Made by a program: the position numbers and the translations under genes
The notes under the pieces: model-generated
Told to the model about the DNA's origin: nothing
Databases searched by the model: none
The model's input: the letters and a program-made list of their open reading frames with translations, nothing else
In this document: positions 32,089-41,194 of the stretch, one piece after another
Numbering within the stretch: position 1 is the stretch's first letter
Layout: the number at the start of each line of letters is the position of its first letter
Source: Ignavibacteria bacterium
GTDB lineage: Bacteria > Bacteroidota > Ignavibacteria > Kapaibacteriales > Kapaibacteriaceae
Assembly (NCBI GenBank): GCA_016707005.1
Contig: JADJIQ010000001.1
Location: 395,846-459,845, forward strand
Length of the DNA stretch: 64,000 nucleotides
Reading direction: 5' to 3'

Positions 32089-33785
32089 TACTCCGGTCGG
32101 AGATCTTTGATACGAAGCTGGGGTGTTGTGGACCCGTTGAAGAGGTTCTCTTCGAGAGTATAGACAACCGAGAACGGTCTGCCGTGACTACAGTCATTGA
32201 TCTTATGCCCAAGGTTGAAGCCTATTGCATCAATAGCAAAGTTCTTCTGTAAGGCGCGCAGCTTTAAGTGGTTGTTTCCTACGATCTTAACGCCATTGGC
32301 TGACACCACATGTTCTGTGTGGAAAACCGGGCGATGATTCTTATATCCGTATGGAGCAAACTGCGCCAAGAACTTGAAAAAGCTTGGAGTTAGTTCGTTG
32401 AGCTGTAAGTCCGCATCGATCACAATCTCAGGTTTCAGCATATCGGCCGTGAGTGCATCAGCGGCGATCTTATCGAAGCGTTCGCGGAGTTCCGGGATAC
32501 GGTCCACCATCAAGGAGAGTCCGGCAGCGTGTTTATGTCCACCGAATTCAATGAGAAGGTCTTCGCATTGTTTCAGGGCACCGTGGATATCAAAATCCTT
32601 CACCGAGCGAGCCGATCCCTTGGCCATTCCGTCGATCGTAGTGAGCATAACCGACGGCACGTGGTATTTCTCCACGAGCCTTGAGGCCACGATGCCGATC
32701 ACCCCGGCATGCCAGTCATTGGAGTGGAGGATCAGGGCTCGTCCGCTACCTGAGATCAACTGGGCTTCTGCCTGACGGGACGCTTCTTCGAACGTGTGTT
32801 CGTCGATGGTTCTGCGTTGGCGGTTATCGTGTTCTAGTTCCTGAGCGATCCGGAAGGCCTTAAGCTCATCCGGTTGGATCATCATCTCCACGGCGCGGCG
32901 CGGATCGCCGAGACGTCCGGCAGCATTGATCCGCGGAGCCAGTCCAAAGATCACGCTGGCGTTTGTGAGCTGTCCAAGATGCAGGCCGGCACAATCCACC
33001 AGCCCCTTAAAGCCCGGACGCGGGTAGGAGTTGAGGAGTTCCAGACCAAAATGACTCAGGATGCGGTTCTCTTCGATCAAGGGGGCGATATCAGCCGCCG
33101 AGGCGATCGCCACAAAATCGAGGTATTCGTAGGCCAACTCCGGATGTCCGTGACGTTCCGAGAGGGCTTGCAGGAGTTTGAACGCTACTCCGCAGGCGGC
33201 AAGTCCCTTGAACGGATAGTTGCAGCCGGGTTTGATCGGATCGAGGATGGCATGGGCATTGGGGATCTCTTCGGCTGCCTGGTGGTGATCGCAGATTATC
33301 ACGTCGATACCAAGCTCGTTGGCGCGGTCAACTGCGCGCGAGGCCGTAACACCCACGTCTACCGTTACCACAACAGTGGCACCGGCTTCGCGTGCGCGCT
33401 CAACGGATAGCGGCGTGAAGCCGAATCCCTCTTCTAGGCGACTGGGAATGTGGTAATTGGCGTTTGCCCCGATCTTCCGGAGGAAGTGCAGGACCATCGC
33501 CGCGCTTGCTGTGCCGTCCACGTCATAATCACCGTGGATCCAGATCATCTCATGTGCTTCGATCGCCTTGTCGATACGGTCAACCGCCAACTCCATCCCA
33601 TCCATGAGCCATGGAGAATGGAGTTTATCCAGTGATGGTTCAAAGAACCGCTGGACAGCGTCGATCGTATCAATCCCTCGTCCAACGAGCACTCTGGCTA
33701 TTGGAGAGGGGACATTCAATTCTGAAATTATCTGTTTGACGGCAAGTTCATCTTTACATTCCCGGTTGATCCACCGATAGTTCAA
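32088..33785 (-). CDS. recJ: single-stranded-DNA-specific exonuclease RecJ
   Basis: DHH family motifs (IWIHGDYDVDGTASAAMV, ICDHHQ), DHHA1 domain and C-terminal OB fold. Length 565 aa. Confidence 0.9.
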   Translation of the reverse strand: MNYRWINRECKDELAVKQIISELNVPSPIARVLVGRGIDTIDAVQRFFEPSLDKLHSPWLMDGMELAVDRIDKAIEAHEMIWIHGDYDVDGTASAAMVLHFLRKIGANANYHIPSRLEEGFGFTPLSVERAREAGATVVVTVDVGVTASRAVDRANELGIDVIICDHHQAAEEIPNAHAILDPIKPGCNYPFKGLAACGVAFKLLQALSERHGHPELAYEYLDFVAIASAADIAPLIEENRILSHFGLELLNSYPRPGFKGLVDCAGLHLGQLTNASVIFGLAPRINAAGRLGDPRRAVEMMIQPDELKAFRIAQELEHDNRQRRTIDEHTFEEASRQAEAQLISGSGRALILHSNDWHAGVIGIVASRLVEKYHVPSVMLTTIDGMAKGSARSVKDFDIHGALKQCEDLLIEFGGHKHAAGLSLMVDRIPELRERFDKIAADALTADMLKPEIVIDADLQLNELTPSFFKFLAQFAPYGYKNHRPVFHTEHVVSANGVKIVGNNHLKLRALQKNFAIDAIGFNLGHKINDCSHGRPFSVVYTLEENLFNGSTTPQLRIKDLRPE

Positions 33786-33871
33786 CTTGATCCTGTTAAT
33801 TTGAATTCAATCAGCCTTAAGATACGACCGTAAGCCCCCTACTGTCAACTTTCATTCACACTGAAATTCAC

Positions 33872-34927
33872 GTGTCCCAACGAAAACCTCTGCAACCGGC
33901 AGTATCCGACGAAGAAGGCATAGGCTACCAGGCTCGCACTCGGGAACGTGCGAAGCGTGCTGAGCGAACAAAGACACGGATCAAGCAGGGGAAGGTGATA
34001 GATCATAAGGGGTTACGCGGAATTGTGGCAACGCCGATCGGTCCAAATTGGATCGTTGCCGTTGACCATGAGTTTTGGATCTGCGGCGTGTCGGGCGTAG
34101 TGGATGTGCCCCATACGTCCACGATGATCGTTGTTGGAGATGTGGTATGGATTGAGCCCGAGCAGGACCGAACGGAGCTTGGCGATCTTTCGGCCAACAT
34201 CGTCAAGGTGGAGCCCCGTATCACCGTGTTATCGAGAAAGGCTGCCGGCAAGGCCCAGAAGGAACAGGTGCTGGTGGCCAATGTTGAGCAGCTTGGGATC
34301 GTGATGTCGGCAACGTTGCCGGACTACAACAAGCGCCTTATCGACCGATATCTCATCGCTGCCGACAAGGGAGATCTTGAGCCCTTTATCGTGATCAACA
34401 AGATGGACCTGATCGATCCGCAGTATTATCCCGATTTCGAAGACGACCTGCATGTCTACATCGAGCAGTTGGCATTGCCGGTGATCTTCCTGAGTGCCAA
34501 GTCCGGTACGGGTATGCAGCAACTTCAAGACATCCTAGCCGGGCGTTCCACCCTGCTCACCGGTCCGTCGGGCGTGGGGAAGTCCTCCATGATCAATCGT
34601 TTCACTGATGCACGTCAGCGTGTAGGGGCGATCTCCGAAAAGTATGAGAAGGGGCGCCATACAACCACCGCATCGTTGGTGATCCCGCTACCGGGCGGGG
34701 GGATCGTGGTTGATTCACCGGGCATCCGTGAATTTGGGATCTTCGAACTCGAAGCAGGCGAGCTCCCGTTCTACTTTGAGGAGTTCACCCCATATGCGGC
34801 TCATTGCAAATTCGCGCCGTGTTCGCACACACATGAACCGAATTGTGCTGTAAAGGCTGCCGTAAAAGCAGGTGAGATCGATGAGGAGCGATACGTATCG
34901 TATTTGAATCTGAAAGAAACGTTGTAA
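33872..34927 (+). CDS. rsgA: ribosome small-subunit-dependent GTPase A (RsgA/YjeQ)
   Basis: Circularly permuted GTPase (NKMDL, LTGPSGVGKSSMINRF) and C-terminal Zn knuckle CKFAPCSHTHEPNCAV. Confidence 0.85.
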   Translation: MSQRKPLQPAVSDEEGIGYQARTRERAKRAERTKTRIKQGKVIDHKGLRGIVATPIGPNWIVAVDHEFWICGVSGVVDVPHTSTMIVVGDVVWIEPEQDRTELGDLSANIVKVEPRITVLSRKAAGKAQKEQVLVANVEQLGIVMSATLPDYNKRLIDRYLIAADKGDLEPFIVINKMDLIDPQYYPDFEDDLHVYIEQLALPVIFLSAKSGTGMQQLQDILAGRSTLLTGPSGVGKSSMINRFTDARQRVGAISEKYEKGRHTTTASLVIPLPGGGIVVDSPGIREFGIFELEAGELPFYFEEFTPYAAHCKFAPCSHTHEPNCAVKAAVKAGEIDEERYVSYLNLKETL

Positions 34928-34948
34928 ACAACCTTCTTCCTATCTTTG
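34922..34948 (+). promoter_or_regulatory. candidate Bacteroidota-type promoter for tRNA-Ser/tRNA-Leu
   Basis: TTG at 34922-34924, then a 16-nt spacer, then TATCTTTG at 34941-34948, 25 nt upstream of tRNA-Ser. The spacer is slightly short. Confidence 0.3.
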
Positions 34949-34972
34949 CGGCCCCATGAAGCGCTGAGAAAT

Positions 34973-35059
34973 GGAGAGGTGCGAGAGTGGTTGAATCGGG
35001 CGGTCTCGAAAACCGCTAAGGCAGCAATGCCTTCGAGGGTTCGAATCCCTCCCTCTCCT
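34973..35059 (+). tRNA. tRNA-Ser (anticodon CGA)
   Basis: Manual fold: acceptor GGAGAGG/CCTCTCC, anticodon arm GCGGT-CTCGAAA-ACCGC (anticodon CGA), long variable arm, T arm GAGGG-TTCGAAT-CCCTC. Confidence 0.85.
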
Positions 35060-35068
35060 CTGCGGTTC

Positions 35069-35152
35069 GGGCGAGTGCTGAAATTGGCAGACAGGCGGGT
35101 CTCAGAAGCCCGTGTTCGCAAGGACGTGTGGGTTCAAGTCCCACCTCGCCCA
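35069..35152 (+). tRNA. tRNA-Leu (anticodon CAG)
   Basis: Manual fold: acceptor GGGCGAG/CTCGCCC, anticodon arm CGGGT-CTCAGAA-GCCCG (anticodon CAG), long variable arm, T arm GTGGG-TTCAAGT-CCCAC. Lies 9 nt after tRNA-Ser. Confidence 0.85.
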
Positions 35153-35173
35153 CAAGATGAAGGACTAGGTGCT

Positions 35174-35216
35174 AGTTACAAGTTACTAGTTACTAGTTAC
35201 TGGTTACTGGTTACGA
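35174..35216. repeat. tandem heptamer array (AGTTACT / GGTTACT) x6
   Basis: AGTTACaAGTTACTAGTTACTAGTTACTGGTTACTGGTTACg between tRNA-Leu and ppk2. Confidence 0.8.
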
Positions 35217-35256
35217 CGTACAGAGAGAGGGTCGATAGTTGTAACTAATCCCGGCA

Positions 35257-36192
35257 ATGGTGCAAAAAGAACCTACTTCGGCTGAAGCTCACATTGCCAC
35301 TATTGCGGGGTCATTTGAACGTGAGCTGCACAAGCTCAAGGTAGCAGAAGGCAAGGCCGCAAATCTGCGAAAGCGAGCTACCGCATATCGTGGCAAGCTC
35401 TTTACCAAGGACACGGCAAGTGGGCTACTCGACCTCAGTGTTGAGCGACTTTCAGCATTGCAGGACAAACTATACGCTCACAATCAATACGGCATGCTCA
35501 TCTGTCTTCAGGCGATGGACGCTGCCGGAAAAGATGGGGCTGTCAAACACATCCTTTCTGGACTCAATCCGCAGGGTGTCCGTGTTACGTCGTTCAAGCA
35601 ACCGTCGAGTGAGGAACTCGATCACGACTTTCTGTGGAGGCATTACCGAGCACTACCTGCAAGGGGAGAGATCGGGATCTTCAATCGCTCGCACTATGAA
35701 AACGTGCTGATATCTCGGGTTCATCCAGAGATCGTTCTTGGTGAAAACCTTCCGAGCATCAACCCGATCGCGGACATCACAAAGGAGTTCTGGGCTGAAC
35801 GACTCCACATGATTCGCCAGTTTGAAAACATCGTAGTAGGAAGTGGCACCCTCGTTGTAAAGTTCTTTCTGCACGTTTCCAAGGAAGAACAGTGTAAGCG
35901 ATTGATAAGTCGGATTGATGATCCAACCAAGAACTGGAAATTCTCCGTTGGAGATGTTCTAGAGCGTGCATATTGGGATGATTATCTTGACGCTTACGAG
36001 GAAGCAATTTCGGCAACCTCTACAGCTGATAGCCCGTGGTACGTTATTCCCGCTGACGACAAGTGGTATGCTCGTGTTGCCATGGCAACGATCATTCATT
36101 CGCATATGGACTCGTTGAACTTGTCATACCCAACACTTTCACCACAACAAAAAAGCGCGCTGAGAAAGGCGCGAAAGGAGCTCCTCCGTTGA
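35257..36192 (+). CDS. polyphosphate kinase 2 family (PPK2) nucleotide phosphotransferase
   Basis: Walker A-like LQAMDAAGKDG and the PPK2 lid motif IFNRSHYENVL. Length 311 aa. Confidence 0.85.
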   Translation: MVQKEPTSAEAHIATIAGSFERELHKLKVAEGKAANLRKRATAYRGKLFTKDTASGLLDLSVERLSALQDKLYAHNQYGMLICLQAMDAAGKDGAVKHILSGLNPQGVRVTSFKQPSSEELDHDFLWRHYRALPARGEIGIFNRSHYENVLISRVHPEIVLGENLPSINPIADITKEFWAERLHMIRQFENIVVGSGTLVVKFFLHVSKEEQCKRLISRIDDPTKNWKFSVGDVLERAYWDDYLDAYEEAISATSTADSPWYVIPADDKWYARVAMATIIHSHMDSLNLSYPTLSPQQKSALRKARKELLR

Positions 36193-37154
36193 GAATCATC
36201 CATGTACTTCTTCTCACCGTTTTTCTCGGCGCAAGTCTCCAAGCAACGGCCGATGGAACACCGAGGAAGAGCAAGAAGCCGGCTTCCAAGGCAACTCTCA
36301 ATGTACCAGAGCCACCCGCAGAGTTGGTGATACAAGAACAACAACCGAGTCAGGTACAGAAGTCTGCTTCACGTTCTGCATCAACAGCGCCAGTTTCCGT
36401 GTCGATACCGCCTGTGCAACTACCGTCGGATCCGCAAGACACCTATCGTGAGCAATGGAGATTTGTTGCGCAGAGACGGATTGGAAGGTACCGGGTTATG
36501 CTGCCCGCAGGCATGCAACCAGGTCGACGGTATCCACTCGTGATTCTCTTTCATGGCAATGGAAATTCTCCCTCCGTGATGCTCAATTGGGCCCGTGAAC
36601 TGAAGCTCGACAGTACGATGTTTATCTGCCCAGAAGCCCCATACGTAAAGCTTCCGGAGACGATGTCCTCCGGAGCGCCTCGATACACCGCCATGGCTGA
36701 TGCCATGGGAATGAGTGATACCGTTTCACCAGAGGCCGTGTCTCTATCTGCCGACTGGTATTACGATGTGATCCGGGATGCTCAGCGAACCTTACCAGTA
36801 GATACCTTACAGAAGCCATCGCTGATAGGATTCTCTCAAGGTGGATTTTATAGTCACGTTGTGATGACCCGTCACCCCGATGCCTTCTCCTCCGTTGTCT
36901 CCATTTGTGCAAGCATGTATCCTGAGGGTAAGGTCTTTGAGCGCTATGCCGGACTTCAGTCATTTGATCTCGGCATCATGGTTGCTCATGGTCGACAAGA
37001 CACGGTGGTGCCGTTCCAAACGGGCGAGAGCATCAAGAACGCTCTCGAAGCTGCCGGCATGCAGCCATTGTTTGTCCCATTCGATGGGGGGCATTGGCCG
37101 TCGCCGGTAGCCACAGAACGCATCCGCCAGTGGCTTCTTTCTCGGAGAAAGTAG
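36189..37154 (+). CDS. secreted alpha/beta-hydrolase (carboxylesterase/phospholipase family)
   Basis: Candidate TTG start overlapping the ppk2 TGA, giving signal peptide LRIIHVLLLTVFLGASLQA. Nucleophile elbow GFSQGG and a C-terminal HGRQDTVVP...FDGGHW Asp/His pair. Start uncertain. Confidence 0.55.
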   Translation: MRIIHVLLLTVFLGASLQATADGTPRKSKKPASKATLNVPEPPAELVIQEQQPSQVQKSASRSASTAPVSVSIPPVQLPSDPQDTYREQWRFVAQRRIGRYRVMLPAGMQPGRRYPLVILFHGNGNSPSVMLNWARELKLDSTMFICPEAPYVKLPETMSSGAPRYTAMADAMGMSDTVSPEAVSLSADWYYDVIRDAQRTLPVDTLQKPSLIGFSQGGFYSHVVMTRHPDAFSSVVSICASMYPEGKVFERYAGLQSFDLGIMVAHGRQDTVVPFQTGESIKNALEAAGMQPLFVPFDGGHWPSPVATERIRQWLLSRRK

Positions 37155-37197
37155 CCTCCTTCCCCATGTTTCGTAAATTTGAGCATGTGTGGAATAA

Positions 37198-37246
37198 CAG
37201 TATTCTAGCACTCGATTTCTAGCATTCTACCACTCTAGCATTCTAA
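37198..37246. repeat. tandem octamer-like array (TCTAGCAY variants) x5
   Basis: tattCTAGCActcgatTTCTAGCATTCTAccacTCTAGCATTCTAac immediately upstream of nuoD. Confidence 0.7.
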
Positions 37247-37247
37247 C

Positions 37248-38540
37248 ATGAGCCTTCCCGTCTCGAACTCCGCCACGATCGAACGTGTTGAAAAGCTGCG
37301 TCAGAACAAGATCCTCCGCGAGGTACAGGACAAAGACACTGTTGCGATGTTCGAGGATCCGCTTGAGAACGATATGGTTCTCAACATGGGTCCGCAGCAT
37401 CCGGCAACACACGGTGTGCTGCGCGTTTTGCTTCGTCTTGACGGAGAGACGGTTGTGAAGTGTGTTCCTGAGCTGGGATATCTGCACCGTGGATTTGAAA
37501 AGATCGCCGAGAACTGTACGTATCACGAGTTCATTCCACATACGGACCGACTCGACTACATCTCGCCGATGTCGAACAACGTTGCGATCTGTATGGCCAT
37601 TGAAAAGGCTGCGGGTATTCATGTGCCGGACCGTGCGGTATGGATCCGTATGCTGGTGAGTGAGCTTGCTCGTATCTCGTCACACCTTTTGGCTATGGGC
37701 GCTACGTCCATGGACGTGGGCGCTATGACGGTCTTCCTTTGGACGTTCACCGAACGTGAAAAGCAGTACGACCTCTTCGAACGGATGTGCGGCGCTCGCT
37801 TCACAACGAGTTTTGCTCGCATCGGCGGCGTAGCCAATGACATCCCGGACGACGTCCTGCGCGACACGCGTGCATGGCTGAATCAATTGCCGGAGCGTAT
37901 GTCGGAAGTAGAACGCCTCGTTAACAGAAATCGCATCTTCGTTGATCGTATGGCCGGCACTGGCTACATCTCGGCAGAGAAGGCCATTGAACTTGGACTC
38001 TCCGGCGCAACGTTACGCGGATCCGGTGTGAACCGCGACCTCCGCCGCGACGAGCCATACATGTTCTACGATCAGGTGGACTTTGACGTCATCACCCGTA
38101 ATGATGGCGACTGCTATTCGCGCTACATGGTCCGCGATCTCGAGATCTGGGAATCAATGAAGATCTGTCACCAGTGCATCGATAAACTCGAGTCAATGCC
38201 ACGTACCCCGGTTCTTGCAGACGATCAGCCACAAACAGTTCTCTCCCGCAAGGCCAACATCTACACCAAGATGGAAGAGCTGATCAACGACTTCATGATC
38301 ATCAACTTCGGAACGATGCCGCCCGTAGGCGAAACCTACACGGCCATTGAATCTCCAAAGGGCGAACTCGGCTTCTTCATCGTGAGCGATGGCACCGGTC
38401 ACCCATGGAAACTCAAGATCCGCTCCCCGTCATCCTCCAACCTTCAGGCCCTGAAATTCATGGCCGAAGGCGCCATGGTCTCCGACGTGGTTGCGATCAT
38501 CGGTAGCATCGATCCGGTGATGGGTGAAGCAGACAAGTGA
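37248..38540 (+). CDS. nuoD: NADH-quinone oxidoreductase subunit D (49 kDa / NuoD)
   Basis: MGPQHPATHGVLRVLLRLDGE...ELGYLHRGFEK and the rest collinear with NuoD. No other nuo genes are adjacent. Confidence 0.9.
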   Translation: MSLPVSNSATIERVEKLRQNKILREVQDKDTVAMFEDPLENDMVLNMGPQHPATHGVLRVLLRLDGETVVKCVPELGYLHRGFEKIAENCTYHEFIPHTDRLDYISPMSNNVAICMAIEKAAGIHVPDRAVWIRMLVSELARISSHLLAMGATSMDVGAMTVFLWTFTEREKQYDLFERMCGARFTTSFARIGGVANDIPDDVLRDTRAWLNQLPERMSEVERLVNRNRIFVDRMAGTGYISAEKAIELGLSGATLRGSGVNRDLRRDEPYMFYDQVDFDVITRNDGDCYSRYMVRDLEIWESMKICHQCIDKLESMPRTPVLADDQPQTVLSRKANIYTKMEELINDFMIINFGTMPPVGETYTAIESPKGELGFFIVSDGTGHPWKLKIRSPSSSNLQALKFMAEGAMVSDVVAIIGSIDPVMGEADK

Positions 38541-38545
38541 GTTCA

Positions 38546-38660
38546 GAATAGCGAATAGCGAATAGCGAATAGCGAATTCCAAAGTTCGCACATTAGCACA
38601 CTAGCACACTAGCACACTAGCACACTAGCACACTAGCACACTAGCACATTAGCACACTAA
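38546..38660. repeat. tandem arrays (AGCGAAT)x4 then (TAGCACAC)x8
   Basis: agaatAGCGAATAGCGAATAGCGAATAGCGAATtcc ... cat-TAGCACAC x6 -TAGCACATTAGCACAC, starting 6 nt after the nuoD stop. Confidence 0.9.
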
Positions 38661-38663
38661 CGA

Positions 38664-39263
38664 TTGCCCAACCCATCCATCATCACACCGGAGCGCAAGG
38701 CGCGCATTGAGCATGTTTTGCGGAGGCGCCAGCCGACGTTAACTGTGGTGTTTGAGAATGTGCATGATCTCCATAACGTGAGTGCTGTGTTGCGATCGTG
38801 TGATGCAGTGGGTGTGTTAGAGGCTTTTGCCATCTATAATGGTGGGCAGGTGTTTCCCGGACTCGGCCAGAAGTCTTCCGGCGGTGCGTTCAAATGGATC
38901 CCGATCCATCTCTTCGAAACGGTTGAAGAGTGTTACGCAGCGATCAGAGCAAAGGGGTTTGCGATCTACACCACGCACCTTGCTGCGGACTCCGTTTCCT
39001 TGCACAACATGGATCTTACGAAGCCCGTTGCCCTCGTGTTTGGAAACGAACATGAAGGGGTAACGGAAGAAGCGCGCACGGCTGCGGATGGCAACTTCCT
39101 TGTGCCACAGATGGGCATGGTGCAGTCGCTCAACATCTCCGTCGCGTGCGCAGTATCGCTTTACGAGGCTATGCGACAACGTATGGTTGCCGGCATGTAC
39201 GATACGCCCCAGATCGCCCCTGCTGAGTTAGAGGCGATGATCACCGAGTGGTCGAGCAGATAG
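38664..39263 (+). CDS. SpoU/TrmH family RNA 2'-O-methyltransferase
   Basis: SPOUT fold motifs (VVFENVHDLHNVSAVLRSCDAVGV, LVFGNEHEGVTEEA, VPQMGMVQSLNISVACAVSLYE). Confidence 0.8.
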   Translation: MPNPSIITPERKARIEHVLRRRQPTLTVVFENVHDLHNVSAVLRSCDAVGVLEAFAIYNGGQVFPGLGQKSSGGAFKWIPIHLFETVEECYAAIRAKGFAIYTTHLAADSVSLHNMDLTKPVALVFGNEHEGVTEEARTAADGNFLVPQMGMVQSLNISVACAVSLYEAMRQRMVAGMYDTPQIAPAELEAMITEWSSR

Positions 39264-39264
39264 T

Positions 39265-41091
39265 CTATTCGTAGTACACAGCGCGTTTGAGCGCAGTTTG
39301 TGCTGGCGTTGGTGTTGGACTGATCTCAATGAAGTGTCGTTCAACCTTGTTGACCATCTCCGCAGCACCTTTGAGTTCCACTTCCTGTCCGTCACGGAGC
39401 ACAACCATGGACAGTGTGTCTCCCACCTTGGAGGTTCGGAACTTCTCCAAAGTGGCACGACCGGTCTCTGATTGGAATGCCTCTTGCAACGTCATTCCCT
39501 CTACAGTAACAATGCGATCGCCATCTACGATCTTCATCGGGTTTACTGGATCAGTTACGCTGAGTACGAGCCCAGGCTTTCCGTCAAACATTTTGAAGTC
39601 GCCCTTAAATCCAAAGCCCGGAGCTTTGGAGACTTTTTCTGCCGTATAGTCCCATCCGATGAGTGCAAGGATATCCTTGATCGGTGGACGTTCCGTGCCC
39701 TTGATGTATCTGTCGCAGTACTCGCGAACCTTGGCGTTTGTAACACGTTCGATGAGTGTAAAGAGAGAGTCATCTTGGAAGGGGCGAGCCGGACCGTAAT
39801 CCTGCATGAGACGATAGATCACGTCCAAGAGGCCCATGGAGCCCCCTGACGATTCTCTGATCACGATATCGAGCAAGAAGGCATTTACGGCACCGTACGT
39901 ATAGACGATAGGGTAGAGCTGTTGTCCCTTTGTTGAGAGCACATCGCGAGAGAATTCTGTGAAGGAGAAGTCCTTACCAAGTCTGTCCATGTCCTTGAGT
40001 TTGCCTTCAATATCCTTGCGGAATGCATTCTCCTTGATTGTAGAATCATGCAAGGGGGCGAGGGTGGAGAAGTACTCAGTTGTGCCTTCATAGAGCCAGA
40101 GATGCTGCGACATCTTAGGAGCGCGGAAGTCAAAGTAGTCGATCTCTTCGCTGTGAAGGTTGAGCGGCACGAGGATATGGAGGAACTCGTGGACAGCAAC
40201 TTCTCCAAGCCCGATTGGTCGCTTTTGGAAACCAAGGAAGTAGAACGAGCTATAGCCGTGTTCCAGAGCGCCCATGCCGCCCGGGTTGGCAACCTTGGTA
40301 CGATCACCTTTCCACAGATAGAGCAAGAACGCATAATGATTCACCGGCATCGTTGGAAGAAGCTTGCCGATGGTCTTGGTCAGGCGAGCAAGTTCCTTTG
40401 CATAGGCGGGAGCTACGGTGTCACGTCCGGCATGAGCACAATGGACAAGCACGCGAACTCCCTCCACCATGAACGTTGCGGTGTCTGGCAGGGAGTACAT
40501 CACTGGACTATCCACCAGCTGATCATACGTGTCGGCCAGATACGTATCGAGCGTATCAGAGATCCGAGCGATGTTGATCGCAGAGCCACCAAAGAGATGT
40601 TTCGGATGTTTGATGTTCACTTGAAACGGCACGTGTTGTTTGCCATCAACGAAGCAGACGATGCCGCCGTGATTCAAAACAAAGATGCTGTCGGCCTCAA
40701 AGTCTGTTCCTGCGGGCGCGAACACATCAATGCCACTGGTGGTATCATCGAACGAATCATCCAGTTCATACGAGATGAATCGCAAGTTGCGAGCGTTCTC
40801 CACAACGAATTGAGAGTCGACCGAACGTCGAACCGTAAGATCCTTGAGTGATGAATCCAGAGCGCGGAAGTTCCGCACGAGCTTCCACCACTTGTGCTCT
40901 TCGTAGGTGCCAGGCACCGTGACAGGGAAGATCACAAGGGCCGTATCGGCATTAACACGCGGCGGCCACATGGAGATCCGAATGCGATCTTCAAAGACGT
41001 TCGCGAGGTCCACGTCAACGCGATACCGTGGTTCTTGGGCTTGTACGGCTACACCGACAAGGAGGAGAAAGGCGAGGAGGGTTGTGCGCAT
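39265..41091 (-). CDS. secreted M61-family zinc metallopeptidase (glycyl aminopeptidase-like) with C-terminal PDZ domain
   Basis: Signal peptide MRTTLLAFLLLVGVAVQAQ (internal start at 41091), HEXXH VAVHEFLHIL plus a downstream EYFS Glu, and a C-terminal PDZ-like segment DGDRIVTVEGMTLQE...GDTLSMVVLRDGQE. Confidence 0.6.
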   Translation of the reverse strand: MRTTLLAFLLLVGVAVQAQEPRYRVDVDLANVFEDRIRISMWPPRVNADTALVIFPVTVPGTYEEHKWWKLVRNFRALDSSLKDLTVRRSVDSQFVVENARNLRFISYELDDSFDDTTSGIDVFAPAGTDFEADSIFVLNHGGIVCFVDGKQHVPFQVNIKHPKHLFGGSAINIARISDTLDTYLADTYDQLVDSPVMYSLPDTATFMVEGVRVLVHCAHAGRDTVAPAYAKELARLTKTIGKLLPTMPVNHYAFLLYLWKGDRTKVANPGGMGALEHGYSSFYFLGFQKRPIGLGEVAVHEFLHILVPLNLHSEEIDYFDFRAPKMSQHLWLYEGTTEYFSTLAPLHDSTIKENAFRKDIEGKLKDMDRLGKDFSFTEFSRDVLSTKGQQLYPIVYTYGAVNAFLLDIVIRESSGGSMGLLDVIYRLMQDYGPARPFQDDSLFTLIERVTNAKVREYCDRYIKGTERPPIKDILALIGWDYTAEKVSKAPGFGFKGDFKMFDGKPGLVLSVTDPVNPMKIVDGDRIVTVEGMTLQEAFQSETGRATLEKFRTSKVGDTLSMVVLRDGQEVELKGAAEMVNKVERHFIEISPTPTPAQTALKRAVYYE

Positions 41092-41194
41092 AAGTAACAA
41101 AACTATGGACAAAGAAGAAAACCTATGCGTGTTAGCGAGGTAGAAGTTGCGCTTCACTGATACATTTTTTTCGGATGAGGCGTAGTTTACTGAT

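Noticed and set aside
38546-38660. Tandem arrays considered as possible CRISPR arrays
   Set aside because: Units are only 7-12 nt and directly abutting, with no unique spacers of 25-40 nt. No cas genes are present in the window. These are microsatellite-like arrays, not CRISPR.
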